From: Diplonema japonicum
Lineage: Eukaryota; Protista; Euglenozoa: Diplonemea
Assembly (NCBI GenBank): GCA_964019335.1
Contig: OZ025658.1
Span: 434,001 to 498,000, forward strand
Reading direction: 5' to 3'
Length of the DNA stretch: 64,000 nt
Shown: positions 12,905 through 23,934 of the stretch, one piece after another
Layout: each line of letters starts with the position of its first letter
Numbering within the stretch: position 1 is the stretch's first letter
Notes under the pieces: model-generated
The model's input: the letters and a program-made list of their open reading frames with translations, nothing else
Databases searched by the model: none
What the model was told of the DNA's origin: nothing
Translations under genes and position numbers: made by a program

Positions 12905-14533
12905 TTAGTTGCATGAGCCCGTGGGATTGTTGGAGCAAGTGCAATTCTGCTCGGGGCACACGGCAGGGTCGACTGTGGCCGCGAAGTCCCAGCCGACGCA
13001 GTGGTAGCATGTGATAGCGTTGAGGGGGTCGTACCTCTTCTTGGTCTTAAGAAGTCTGTTGTAATTCTGCTGACTCCCCCAGTAGCGCGTCTGCCAGTCG
13101 CCATCAAGGAAGTTGTGCTGCGCCTCATTCCAATAGACCCAACCCGTCCCATGCGGTCTCAACACGCTCTGCTCCCACAGGTCCATCGCAGCGACAATCT
13201 CTTTCTTCTCCTCAACAGTCGCGTGGTCGGGCCACGATCCTACGCATGTCAGCTGGATCTCGGAGTTGCGCATGGCAGGAGACACCGAGGTCAGCACCCC
13301 GTCCTCGTCGATGTCCTTCATTTTCCCACCCAGGACAGAGCTCTGTGTGCAGAACTTCACTAAAGGTAGCGTCTCAGGCTTTACAACCCATCTAGTAGTA
13401 GCTTTGATGAGGTCGAAAGCCTTAGACCCCACGACAGAGGTCGAGACGCTATACTGGTTCCCGCCAGCCGGGGGTGCAAGGGCGTTTACAAGGTTGTAAT
13501 AAGTGTTTGAGCTGTTGTGCACACAGCTGTTAGGCAGCAACCCTGGCGTGCACCCCGAGATGGCCGCCACCTTCGACACGTGTGGGTCACAGTTGTCCCC
13601 GTAGCAGAAGGCGATCATGAAGACGGGGTTCCCTGGGATCATCCCCATCGTAAGGTAGTAGCCACCCACTTCCTTGGGTGCATCAGAAATGAAGTCGTGG
13701 AAACCCTGCATCACCTCTGTGGACTGTGCTTCGGTTTGGGGGAAGTACACTCCGAAGAAAGAAGACACCTGTTGGGGTGTGGGGTGCAACTTGAAGGTCA
13801 TGCTCACGGTGATGCCATAAGTAGAGCCGCCACTTCCGCGGAGGGACCTGAACAACTCGCTGTGCTTTGTTTCTGAGGCGGTCACAAGCCTCCCGTTTGC
13901 GAGCACCACTCTCATGGACACCAGCATATCGACACCGAGGCCGTGCATCCTGCTGAGATACCCGTGCCCTCCACCTGTTGCCCATCCGTAAGGTCCGACT
14001 GTGCTGTCGGCACCCGTAGCTATGGCCCACTCCCCGAAGGTCTCCCCTTTGACATATTCGGAAATCTCACCGAAGGTTTGCCCTGGCCCTACTTTGATGT
14101 GCTTTTCGACATCGCTTGTGTGGATCAGCTCCTTCTCGTTAAACTTGTTCATCACAACATGCACCGCGTTATCAGCGATGTTCCTGACGTCCATGTGGTG
14201 CCCGGTGCTCAGCACGGAGACCCTCATGTTGTGCCACCTTGCAAAACGCAGCGCCTTCTGAATGTCCTTGATGCAGCTGGGGTACACCATGACTGCGGGC
14301 TGCGGGGTATTCGTCCTCGTGCTGTAGGTGTACGGGGCGTACCCAGTCTCGCCTTTCAGGAACACGTCCCCTACCAGGTACTCCTTGAACCACTTGAACT
14401 CCCAGTCTGTGGGCCAGTGCGGGTCACCAGGGATCGCGAACTTGTACCCGTTGGCTCCTTGGTGGTAGCCACCCCACCCCATGGTGCTGTCGACAAGCCC
14501 CAACACCATGCTAGCAAAGAACAGAGTGCGCAT
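12905..14533 (-). CDS. Secreted FAD-linked oxidoreductase, berberine bridge enzyme (BBE)-like
   Basis: Signal peptide, STGHH (covalent FAD His), TVGPYGWATGGGHG, LRGSGGSTYGI, and C-terminal BBE motif YWNE...YWG..NYNRLLKTKKRYDP. Confidence 0.9.
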   Translation of the reverse strand: MRTLFFASMVLGLVDSTMGWGGYHQGANGYKFAIPGDPHWPTDWEFKWFKEYLVGDVFLKGETGYAPYTYSTRTNTPQPAVMVYPSCIKDIQKALRFARWHNMRVSVLSTGHHMDVRNIADNAVHVVMNKFNEKELIHTSDVEKHIKVGPGQTFGEISEYVKGETFGEWAIATGADSTVGPYGWATGGGHGYLSRMHGLGVDMLVSMRVVLANGRLVTASETKHSELFRSLRGSGGSTYGITVSMTFKLHPTPQQVSSFFGVYFPQTEAQSTEVMQGFHDFISDAPKEVGGYYLTMGMIPGNPVFMIAFCYGDNCDPHVSKVAAISGCTPGLLPNSCVHNSSNTYYNLVNALAPPAGGNQYSVSTSVVGSKAFDLIKATTRWVVKPETLPLVKFCTQSSVLGGKMKDIDEDGVLTSVSPAMRNSEIQLTCVGSWPDHATVEEKKEIVAAMDLWEQSVLRPHGTGWVYWNEAQHNFLDGDWQTRYWGSQQNYNRLLKTKKRYDPLNAITCYHCVGWDFAATVDPAVCPEQNCTCSNNPTGSCN

Positions 14534-14631
14534 TTTGTTAGGTTTTTGAAACTGAACATGTGTTAAAATATGTGGTGATAGTCGCGAAGTGCATAGTGTG
14601 TACTGCTAATCTATAAACAGGGTCAGGGGCA

Positions 14632-16104
14632 TCAAAGGGCTGACCCTTTCTTCAAAACATGTTCAGGTATCGTTTCCTCGTCAGGGTCCTCCGCAAGAAG
14701 ATAGTTACGGGACTCGAGGGCTGAAGCTTGGGCGTCGGGGTTTTGCATCTATTGTGTGTCGTGTGTGCAAAATGTGTTTAGGCATACCGCTTCCGCAACG
14801 TAATTAAGAAGTTGTTTCTCGGCATGTTTGCCTGAGGAGAGGCGTCTTGGCCCCGACCTGTCTTTGCTGGGCTTATGCCGGTCGAGGTGATCCACGTTCC
14901 ACGGGGATGTGATAAAATGGGGGACAGGTTTGTGGGCGGCTCTCGGCACTTGGACTTGCTGGATTGCTTGTTGGGATTGTATTTGTTCAGCTTCCGAATC
15001 CTCTTCTTGCTGCTGCCGTTTTTGTTGCTCCTCTGCCTCGCGGGCTCTCCGTTCTATTTTTTCGTTCTTCCTTTTCTGTTGGTTTATCCTGAGCCTTGTA
15101 AGAGACATGTCCCTCTCCATCTCTGCCTCCCTCTGCTTGTTGTTGCCTTTGTCTTTATAGAGCTTCGAGCGCTGCTCGTCAAGCTTCGCCTTAAGAACCT
15201 TGCCGCGGGGGTTCATGTTATCAAGGTGCTCAGGGAGCTCGGGCACCTGGTCATCGAAGTCGTAGTCCGAGTCGTAGGGCTCGATGTTGTCCCCATCTAA
15301 TGAATTGCCCCCCATGCGTGAGATGATGTATTCGCCGTTGGATGTGATGGCCAGGCGCTTCGATGTTTTTATGTTGTCTATAGCTTCGCGTTCTTTCTGT
15401 TTTTTCTCTAAGCGTCGCAAAGAGTCTAGCTTCTCTTCTAGCTCCAGGTCGTTGAGCTTCTGCTGCAGGCTTATCTTCTCGTCTTCAAGAACGCGCTCCT
15501 TCCGTCGTGCCTCTTGTTTCTTGCGGAGCTCTTTCATCTGCTTCTTCAAGTCTCTTACTTTGTCCGTGCGGTCGGTTGTTTCCAAGATGCGCTGCCTCTG
15601 CGAATCAGTAAACTCCTCGGGCATGAGGAGCGGGTTCTCTGTCTTTCTCAGCTCATCGCGTATATCCCGCTGCACTACTTGTTCTGCGATCTCGTCGCCC
15701 GCGATCTTGATGGTCCCGTTATCTTTCATTTCCTCAAAGATCTCCGGGTCGTGATCTTTCACGAACTTAGCATGCATTATTTGGCTGTCTTCGTACTTCC
15801 TCTTCAAGATCTCCATTCGCCTAGACACGTCCTCTAGCATCTGCTTTTCTTTCTCATCTTTGGCCTCCTGCAGCGGCACTAGCTTCTCTTTCTTCAATGT
15901 ATCGTTGGCCTCGCGCTCTTTCACAAAGTCGCGCCTCAGTTTACAGACATAAACCACCAGCGCCACCAGCAGCACGAAGAGCAGGGCACCCAGAACAATG
16001 AGGACCACCACAAGTGTCTGATTCAAAGACTCGGAAGGTGGGGGCGGGGCTATCGTGGTTCCAGGGGCGGCACCCAATGTTGTGCATAGCAGAACAACAC
16101 TCAT
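14632..16104 (-). CDS. Single-pass membrane protein with long cytoplasmic coiled coil; probable 3' intron 14749-14787
   Basis: One strong TM segment followed by an E/K-rich coiled coil. A GTATGC...AATAG 39-nt intron would extend the frame to TGA at 14632. Confidence 0.7.
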
Positions 16105-16182
16105 GACCTGTTAAGCTTGAAAGTGATAGGTACAAGAGAAACGGAAACAATAATCTACTCTAACTAGTAAGTATCATCTATG

Positions 16183-18654
16183 TCACCGCGTGACTGATAT
16201 AGGTCTAGGAGGGGATCTTCTCGTCTCATTTTGCGACGTACGGTGAGGCGGTGTCACTGTGTCCGGTGACGGTATGTTGCTTGAAATGAGTGTTTTCATA
16301 GCAGTAGAGAGGAGTCTGTCGGCAGGGCCCATGTCGGGGATGGCATCGAGGAGTCGGTGCGCAACAGGCGACGCATCTGGTGTGAAGGGATCGATCAGTG
16401 TCGTCTCCTCGTTGAAGGACACGTTGAGCTTGCCCGCAAACTTCGCAGGTGTGGGCATGGGAGATGGGATCCTTGGAGGCGGCCTTGAAGGCTTCTTCGT
16501 ACTGCTGCTAGCGTTACTAAAAGGTGACCTGGAAACATCAAGCTTCAAGACCGTCACAGGGGTGTTCATTGTAGGTGATGACGCAGCGCTTGTAAAACTT
16601 TGCATATTCAAAGCCTGTGCCTGTGCCTGAGCCCGTGCCTGAGCCTGCTCACGTGACGGTGGCGAGCGCGACGGGGTGTGTGTCAGTGTCTTTGTATTCC
16701 CTGCATCTCCTGGGCTGTGGTACCGTGTCTGCTTGCGTGTGTGTGTCTGCGGCGGTGTGATCTCCCTCGCACCTCCTGTAAGGTGACTCAGCGGTGTTAT
16801 GTTGTACTTGTCTGAAAGGGCACGTGATGTGTTCAACGAACCCACACGCGACGGCGTGCGTGCGAAAGTCGTGTCCATGTCCGACGTCAGTACCGATGAG
16901 TTGTGCGTGCCGTCGACGACAACTGTTTCATCGTGCACAGTGCGCTCCATCCTGTCGTGGGACTTGTCTCGCGTTCGGAGGAATGATGGTTGCAATGACT
17001 TCACTGACACGGGGGATTCGACAGGCTGCTTCACAGGTGATTTGATCAAGGGGTACACAGTCTGTACCTCACTCACAAATAGCTTGTTCTGCTGCACTTC
17101 TTTAGGGGAGTACGGTCGGAGTTGCGGTTTGAAGACATCAGCGGTTGAACTCCTAGTTTCTTGATGCTCCGTCAGCACAGGTGATGGCGGTTTAGAGGTG
17201 GGCATGAGCTGCGGGTAAGCCGACTGGTGACCTTGCCAGCGTGGTGGCTTACCCGGAGACACCTGTGCCGCGTAAGTATCATGAATGTCGTTGAACTGCA
17301 GTGCTTGCATGTCTTGTCTCGGTAACACACGGTACGGCACGGCATGCTCAGTAGGACCTTCAGTCAGCTGTGCCATGCGCTGTGGGCTCCCGGTGCCTGA
17401 TGATGCTGTCTCGTGTGCACTGTGAAGGTCGCCCTGTGGAATGGGTTGTGTGTCTTCTAAGACATCGATGGACACTTCACGACTCTGAGCTTCGTAATAT
17501 TGGAAAATTCTCTGGGGTTGCAACACATCAAAGAATGCAGCGTTGTCGTGGTTGGAAGTGTTCTGCCGCACGGTGCTGTCTGTGACCGAAGCGTCAGGTT
17601 GCGTGAGTTCGAACTGCAAGTCGTGAGCGCTGACACCAGAAGCCTCGTAAAGGTGCGGGTGATGAGAATCAATGCTTTTGTTGCTTTTGCTTGCAGGGCT
17701 AGCTGAATGCAGATCGGTATGTAGGTCGCTGGCATGGAGGCTCGAGTCAACCGACTTGTGCGAAGCCAACATAGAAGTGGGTGCCATGCCCTGGAGCGGC
17801 CCACCCTCGCCGAATAGCTCAGAAGCGTTGATGTCCACCACGACGGTTGACGTCTCGTCAGCCGCGTGCGAGGGCAGTGGAAGCGACGGTGGGTGGATGG
17901 AGGAGGGGAGAGACGCTGCAGGCCGCACTGCCCAAGCACATTGCGGAGATAGGGCAGTCTTAGGCGGAGGCGGGGCATCGCTCACCTCGTCCATGGGTAT
18001 GGGCGACGCCCTCGGCGAGCCTTCGAAATAGCTCTCGTTCCTCGGTTCGTGTTCCGATGTCTGTCTATCCGAGTGATGGGAGTGCACGCTTGCATCTTCA
18101 GTAAGCGCCTCCTCTCCTTGCGCAATTTCTAATCTAGCTATTCTGTGGTGGTGTCCCGTGCCGCCTTGCAGCAATATACACAAATATCGTTCAACAGTGG
18201 TGACAGGAAGGTAGCAGGCGTACTCGTTTTTCCCAACCAAGTCCCACTTATACAGCTGCTTGAAGGGGCCATGTGGAGAAGTGCCTGTTAACACACTGCA
18301 TGTCTTAGGACACGATCTTTGTGTGTGCGCTGTTAGGGCGACCTTCAGTACAGGGCGGTCTCTGTAAGTATGGCGGTTTCTGTTCATTTCCACCACGCAC
18401 TTCGTCTCGGTGCTTCCCCCTACCCAAGCAAGATTCTTGCATGTCCTGCCCACAACGCTGCTTGCGTCCTGCACTAAAATGTTCTCGCATCCTCTTCCTG
18501 TCGAGCTTATTAATTTGCGGACTGCGCACAGCGTCGGCTTAGCTCTCTCCACCTTCTTCTGCCTGGGTGCTCTAGCGTTACCATCTATTTGTTTTAAAGC
18601 ACCACCCCCCAGTGTGACGGGGTAGTCGAGACGACCAAGAACCCTGGTGGCCAT
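16183..18654 (-). CDS. Hypothetical protein; possible N-terminal beta-sandwich domain and long disordered S/P/T-rich tail
   Basis: 823-aa ORF co-oriented with its neighbours. Confidence 0.7.
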   Translation of the reverse strand: MATRVLGRLDYPVTLGGGALKQIDGNARAPRQKKVERAKPTLCAVRKLISSTGRGCENILVQDASSVVGRTCKNLAWVGGSTETKCVVEMNRNRHTYRDRPVLKVALTAHTQRSCPKTCSVLTGTSPHGPFKQLYKWDLVGKNEYACYLPVTTVERYLCILLQGGTGHHHRIARLEIAQGEEALTEDASVHSHHSDRQTSEHEPRNESYFEGSPRASPIPMDEVSDAPPPPKTALSPQCAWAVRPAASLPSSIHPPSLPLPSHAADETSTVVVDINASELFGEGGPLQGMAPTSMLASHKSVDSSLHASDLHTDLHSASPASKSNKSIDSHHPHLYEASGVSAHDLQFELTQPDASVTDSTVRQNTSNHDNAAFFDVLQPQRIFQYYEAQSREVSIDVLEDTQPIPQGDLHSAHETASSGTGSPQRMAQLTEGPTEHAVPYRVLPRQDMQALQFNDIHDTYAAQVSPGKPPRWQGHQSAYPQLMPTSKPPSPVLTEHQETRSSTADVFKPQLRPYSPKEVQQNKLFVSEVQTVYPLIKSPVKQPVESPVSVKSLQPSFLRTRDKSHDRMERTVHDETVVVDGTHNSSVLTSDMDTTFARTPSRVGSLNTSRALSDKYNITPLSHLTGGAREITPPQTHTRKQTRYHSPGDAGNTKTLTHTPSRSPPSREQAQARAQAQAQALNMQSFTSAASSPTMNTPVTVLKLDVSRSPFSNASSSTKKPSRPPPRIPSPMPTPAKFAGKLNVSFNEETTLIDPFTPDASPVAHRLLDAIPDMGPADRLLSTAMKTLISSNIPSPDTVTPPHRTSQNETRRSPPRPISVTR

Positions 18655-18870
18655 CCCCCCTGTGGAGTGATGTTAGTGCCCAGTTGCATTACTGCAGTAA
18701 ACCCAAATAGTTTGATTTTTGATCCCTCTTGTTGTGATGCTGTCTCCTGAGAGTCAGAGATATTCTTCTCGAAGTAAATCCCTCCCCAGAGAAAACCCAC
18801 CCCTGTATCCTTTCAGAGTGCATGCTCTGGAGGAGGCGGTGTGAACGCGGATGACTGCGTTGAGTTGCGC

Positions 18871-18904
<34 letters not shown>

Positions 18905-19271
18905 CCATCCCACTTCTTTCATTTACTATCTCTCACTTAGTTATAGCTATCTGAAGACTATTCTTTTAATTTAATACCCCACCCCCTTGTTCGAGTTCTA
19001 TGTTAAATATGTATTTGTCGTTGTTGTCCCATCTCGGGGAATCCCGCGTTAGCATGTTCCGTTGTCTTTATTCACTCCCACCACCCCCATCCCCCCCCCC
19101 CCCATCCCCATTTTGTGACTTTGTCACATATATTTACCTTTAACCCTTGACTTGAGTAGGTGACCCATGGTTATAGATATTTTCGAGGATTTTGTTTTGA
19201 TGTAAAATGCCCTTCTTCCTGGGCGATGGGCTGCAGGGTGCGGTACTGCATGAACAGTCTCTAGAAGGCTG

Positions 19272-20905
19272 TCACTGGCCACGCAGGACATCAGCGAACT
19301 GTAGGGTGTCTTACATATCAGTACGATACCTTCGACAAGTAGTTGCTCTCGTCGAACTGCTGTCCCCCGTTCGCGTAGCCCTTCCCCCCGTTGCCTCCGT
19401 GGTAGATTCCTTTCCCCTTTCCTTTCCCCTTTCCTTTTCCTGACAGCCGGTCATCTTTTTGTGGTGTGTTGTCGAAGACGCCCCGGGCAATGTTCTGCAG
19501 AGGTGCTGCAAGGGCAGGGTCGACACCAACGGCACGAAGCTCCTGCTGAAGGTCGGTCATGGTCTGTATGTATTGCGATATATTTGTCTACACACCTTGT
19601 TGCACCAGGAACCGAAGTCCTCTTCTTGGTAAGTAGACAATACACTCGACGACAGTACATGTGGGAAGCGCGCCTCGACTACCTCTATGAAGGGCTTCTT
19701 GGGTGTGTGGGGAGCAGGAGCAGCCACAGGCTCTGAGTAGTACGACTCATGGGGTTGATGTGTATAAGGAGCGGCCAAGGGTTGGCTGTATGGCTGCACT
19801 GCTGGTGCGGGATACGGGTTGTACGCACTCGGAGCAGGGGCCGGGGCTTCATGCGACGTGTGCCCTTTCGAATTGTACTCATAGTACGGCTGTGCAGAGT
19901 ACGCTGTGCTCTGCGCCTCCTCATAGGGCTGGTACCTCTGCGACTTCCCTTTGCTCTTACCCCCGAAATAGGATTCTCCCTTGCCCCCCTTGTACCCATA
20001 GCTTCCTTTGTACCCTTCACCACCCTTGTACCCTTCACTTCCCTTGCCACCTTTGTACCCTTCACCACCCTTGTACCCTTCACTTCCCTTGTATCTTTCA
20101 CTACCTTTGTACCCCTCACCCTTTCCCTTACTTCCCTTGAAGCCATCGCTTCCCCTGTGTCCACCGCCGAATTTGCCCCCGCCATAACCAACATTCTGGT
20201 ACGTGTCCCCTTGCTCATCTTGGCACCCTGGATCTCCTCCTCTGTAGTCTTCACCGCCTTTCGACCCCTTAAATCCCTCGAAGTCGCCCTTCTTCCCCTT
20301 TTTCCCTTTTCCTTTGCCTTTTCCCTTTGGTCGCTTTGGAATCTTTACTTTGATTGTAATGTCTTCTCCTGCGTTGATGATATCGGTGGCCTCCTTGGGG
20401 GTCGTCACTACCAGGCCATTCACCTGCAGGACCACCATTCCGCGAGTGAGCCCAGCCATAGCAGCAGCCATGCGGTAGTCCGTGTAGGTGACTGTCATGT
20501 CGTCAGCCAGCTGCACGCCGATCTCGTCATTCGGGTTTTTAACAAAGCGAATCTCTTGCATCCCCGAGGAAGCGTTCTGCTCGGTGCTGTGCCCCGTGCT
20601 GACGTGCCACTTCGCCGAGATCGTGCAGTCATTTGATACGGAGACAAGCTTTTGCAGGCCCTGTAATGTAGTGCACTCCTTTCCGTTCACTGCCACGACC
20701 AGCTGCCCCACCTGCAACCCTGCCCGGTGTGCTGGTGTGTTTGGGGCAACAGCCTTGATCACAAGGTCTTTCCGTAAAGTCTGTGGATACGTTGTCTCTG
20801 ACTCCAACATACCAATCCGAGCTTCTCGTCAGCTTTGTTCACTGTGTAGTTCTCAACAGCGCCCCAGTCAGAGGGCTGGTGGTTCTCAGGGATGTCGAGC
20901 TCCAT
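19272..20905 (-). CDS. Tandem PDZ-domain protein with KG/YKGG low-complexity repeats; introns 20781-20812, 19564-19595, 19299-19329
   Basis: Splicing restores the PDZ carboxylate loop (EKLGL|TLRKDL). PAHRAGLQVGQLVVAVNG and a second PDZ (AGLTRGMVVLQVNG) are present, followed by EGYKGG repeats. Confidence 0.8.
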
Positions 20906-20963
20906 CTCTTCCTGGGTGAATTACATGAATTATGTCAGGAAGCTAATAAATGCAAAGATGTCA

Positions 20964-23468
20964 CTAGCCTTTAAGGTCACTGTGCGTCACGATGCATATT
21001 TTCTCGTTTGAAGGATCCAACAGCTGCAGTGTTGCAGTCGCGTGGTCCACCACAAGTGCTCTCGCCCAATCGCCAAGGTTAATAGGCAACAAGGCCGCCG
21101 GCAAATCAGCTACCGATCGGATCCAACGAAAGAACACCTCACACACACCATGCATTTCGGCAGGTAGCGTACCAATGACAACATGCAGGAGGGTCTTTCC
21201 AAAGGCAGATGCCATCGTTTTTGTACGGGGGTCACTGATTCCTTTAATAGCAACGTTCAGGGAAATACCCATTGGATGCGAACACCCACCCGAGCAGTTC
21301 AATGTCACAGTCACGTCTCCATGCACGACGGTTGTAGTCTCTATTTTGAACACTTTACAAAACCCTCGCACGGCCTCTGCCCGCTTAGTCAGCACGTAGC
21401 CTACCCTCAGGGCCTCGTTCGTATCAACATCCAGCAGCACAGCCTCTCGTAGTAGCATTGATAACGCGCCCAGCCCGAGCATGACCCAGCCGTCCTTGCT
21501 GCTCCCCTTCTTGCTCAGCCCACGCAGGATCCCTGCCGACAACTGGGCGGCCGAGTCCCCAACTCGCACCAACATACCCACTCTGCAACCGTTGTTGCTG
21601 TGCTGCACAGTCCAGTAGTACCCGTGATCTGAAGCGCACATCACTAAAGTAGTGCCGTTTGTGAGGTCTGGAACACCATCGTCTCTCTCCAGGTCGGGAC
21701 GCCCGTTCTTCAGCACTCTGTCATCGACTTGTCCCTGCAGATGGTGTTGCAAACCCTGCTGCGCTAGCATCCGCCATGCCACGATCCACGTCTGTGCCGT
21801 ACAGAAGTTCATCGCTTGCTTAGGAGTAGCGAAGAGGTCATCCGTCTGCAGCGGCGATGGGAGCAGCTCAAGCTTCCTGACAGGTGGCTCCGCAAGGTCT
21901 ACAGAACACGGTACGATGCTAAGTACGGCTGCGCATGCTACTGCAAGGAGCATTGGCATCCCAGTTGCTTTACGGCTCACTGACGGCGGAGCGTAAGAGC
22001 TAATGATAACAACTGTCTTCTGCAAAACGTTGATCTCAAGCTCGACACGGATACCTTCGAATGGGAGGAAGGTCTTGATCAGGTTGCCATCTTGCACCAC
22101 GATCTGCTTTGGCATCGCCGGTAGTAACGAGCCGCTCTCCACCAAGTTAAGCATAACTTGTGCCTTGATCGACGCGGTACCCGCTTCAAGCATCCAGTTC
22201 AGCACCTCCCTCACTGGGACCAAGGCTAGATGCCCCACATGCTGCGAGGTGAGGCTCACAAGCCCCATGTCGTTAGCGATAACATCCACTCCGCTCTCGA
22301 AGCAGCCGCTCCTCAGCCTCACCTTGAGACCAGCATCCTCCAACTGCGTGACGTACCCTTGCATGGTGAGCTCTTGGGCACAGTGCTGCAGCACCTTCCG
22401 CTTCGAGTGCTGCAATGCCTGTGATAAAAGGTTCTTCATTGAGATCGGTTTGAGCTGTGTGTTAAGCAGCCTGGGGTCTGGGTGCTCGGTAACTAGAGGC
22501 GCCTGCAGGTCTGCATGGATCGCAACGCTGACCTTTTCGTCTTCCCAGTAGACTAGCGTCGTAGTAGCTTTCTCGTGTTTGTACCTAACCCAAGGGTTCT
22601 GTGCTGCTAAGTATCTCGCTTGTTCTTGCACAATTTCCATCATCATTGTCTGTCCCACCTGTCGAAGTACACCGAGCCCTCCTTGCAAGTCGCCTCTGTA
22701 CAGGAGCCTATCAACAACAGCATTCACGCTTTGGTTCGTCTGAGCATCCAGACCCAATGGCAGGGCATCGACCCTCGGGTCATCGGCAGTCTTCAGCAAC
22801 ACATCCCAACAAAGCAGCTTCCATCCTATCCCATCTTGGCACTCGTTGGACAGCACGACTGTGATGCAACACCGCGTGAGTGCATCTGATATGTGAAAGT
22901 ACTCCCTACCCTTCACGTGGTGGATAGTGTAGCCATGCACCTCTAGCGCGTGCAGAAATGGCACCTTGACTGTTACAAAGGTTGAAAGGCAGGAAGATGC
23001 GTCTTTCACGTCCTGCGATGCGTCCCTTTTGGTGATGTGCGTAACAGCTAGGGGCACCGTTTTCGGTTTCACAAGAGAAATGTATTTCTGGTGGCAACCA
23101 ACAAGTGAGTCTGCGGCCCACCCATACGAGTAGCTCTTGGCGCAGTGGCTCTTCAATGTCGCGTAGTCCGTGTCCAGTGTTTTTTGGTTTGCAGACAAGA
23201 AGCTGATCAGCTTGTGAATTTTTGAGAACCTAGCCCGCATCACTGCCGTGTATTTCACTACCGCCTCCCTCCCGGTGCTCCCGCGGTCCACCACCGTCAG
23301 GTCACTAAGAAAGTTCGCTAAGTTCATCAGCTCCAAATAAGCTTCATTCACCAACTTCAGCAGCAGCTTGGACAGGGAGACTGTGGGAAGCACGTGGCCG
23401 CTGCTGTCTAAAAATTTTGCCAGCAAAGCTTCGCGATCTATTTTATTTCGCTTGGCGGCATGGTCCAT
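20964..23468 (-). CDS. Possible Mediator subunit Med14-like protein
   Basis: N-terminal VSLSKLLLKLVNEAYLELMNL...REAVVKYTAVMRARFSKIHKLISF resembles the Med14 N-terminal helical domain. Start assumed at MDHAAKR (23468). Confidence 0.5.
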   Translation of the reverse strand: MDHAAKRNKIDREALLAKFLDSSGHVLPTVSLSKLLLKLVNEAYLELMNLANFLSDLTVVDRGSTGREAVVKYTAVMRARFSKIHKLISFLSANQKTLDTDYATLKSHCAKSYSYGWAADSLVGCHQKYISLVKPKTVPLAVTHITKRDASQDVKDASSCLSTFVTVKVPFLHALEVHGYTIHHVKGREYFHISDALTRCCITVVLSNECQDGIGWKLLCWDVLLKTADDPRVDALPLGLDAQTNQSVNAVVDRLLYRGDLQGGLGVLRQVGQTMMMEIVQEQARYLAAQNPWVRYKHEKATTTLVYWEDEKVSVAIHADLQAPLVTEHPDPRLLNTQLKPISMKNLLSQALQHSKRKVLQHCAQELTMQGYVTQLEDAGLKVRLRSGCFESGVDVIANDMGLVSLTSQHVGHLALVPVREVLNWMLEAGTASIKAQVMLNLVESGSLLPAMPKQIVVQDGNLIKTFLPFEGIRVELEINVLQKTVVIISSYAPPSVSRKATGMPMLLAVACAAVLSIVPCSVDLAEPPVRKLELLPSPLQTDDLFATPKQAMNFCTAQTWIVAWRMLAQQGLQHHLQGQVDDRVLKNGRPDLERDDGVPDLTNGTTLVMCASDHGYYWTVQHSNNGCRVGMLVRVGDSAAQLSAGILRGLSKKGSSKDGWVMLGLGALSMLLREAVLLDVDTNEALRVGYVLTKRAEAVRGFCKVFKIETTTVVHGDVTVTLNCSGGCSHPMGISLNVAIKGISDPRTKTMASAFGKTLLHVVIGTLPAEMHGVCEVFFRWIRSVADLPAALLPINLGDWARALVVDHATATLQLLDPSNEKICIVTHSDLKG

Positions 23469-23934
23469 TTTATTTTTCTTTTTGGAATGCCTGCTGCGTA
23501 AATGGTACAAAAGCACCATGCCATGAGGGTACGAAATAAGAATTATGAAAACAATAAAAAGACCAAAACCCTGCAAGAGGGAATAACACGCGTGGTGCTT
23601 CTCATAGCCACGTGCCATGTGGTCGGAAAGTGATGCTAGTGGCATTGCTTCCATGTCGCACCCATTGACACCATTTAGGGTCCTGAAGTAACCTGCTTAC
23701 TACTTGTTGTCCAAGATTCTTCACCATTAAGATCCTCTCCTTAGCCAATCATGTTGCTGGTGTGTAAACACAGCCCTTGTAGCATCACACGCTGCAACAG
23801 TGCGCGTTGCTCGATAAGGTCCGCAGACCTAGTCTTGAACATGTTTCCTGTAGTGTAGTGAACGTCTATACAAGAAGTCGGAACAACCACAACGGAACGT
23901 AACTATTGACTGAAACTAAGGAAAGAACCGCATA

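Noticed and set aside
23469-23860. Small spliced gene between the Med14-like and RING genes
   Set aside because: No convincing splice model or recognisable product.
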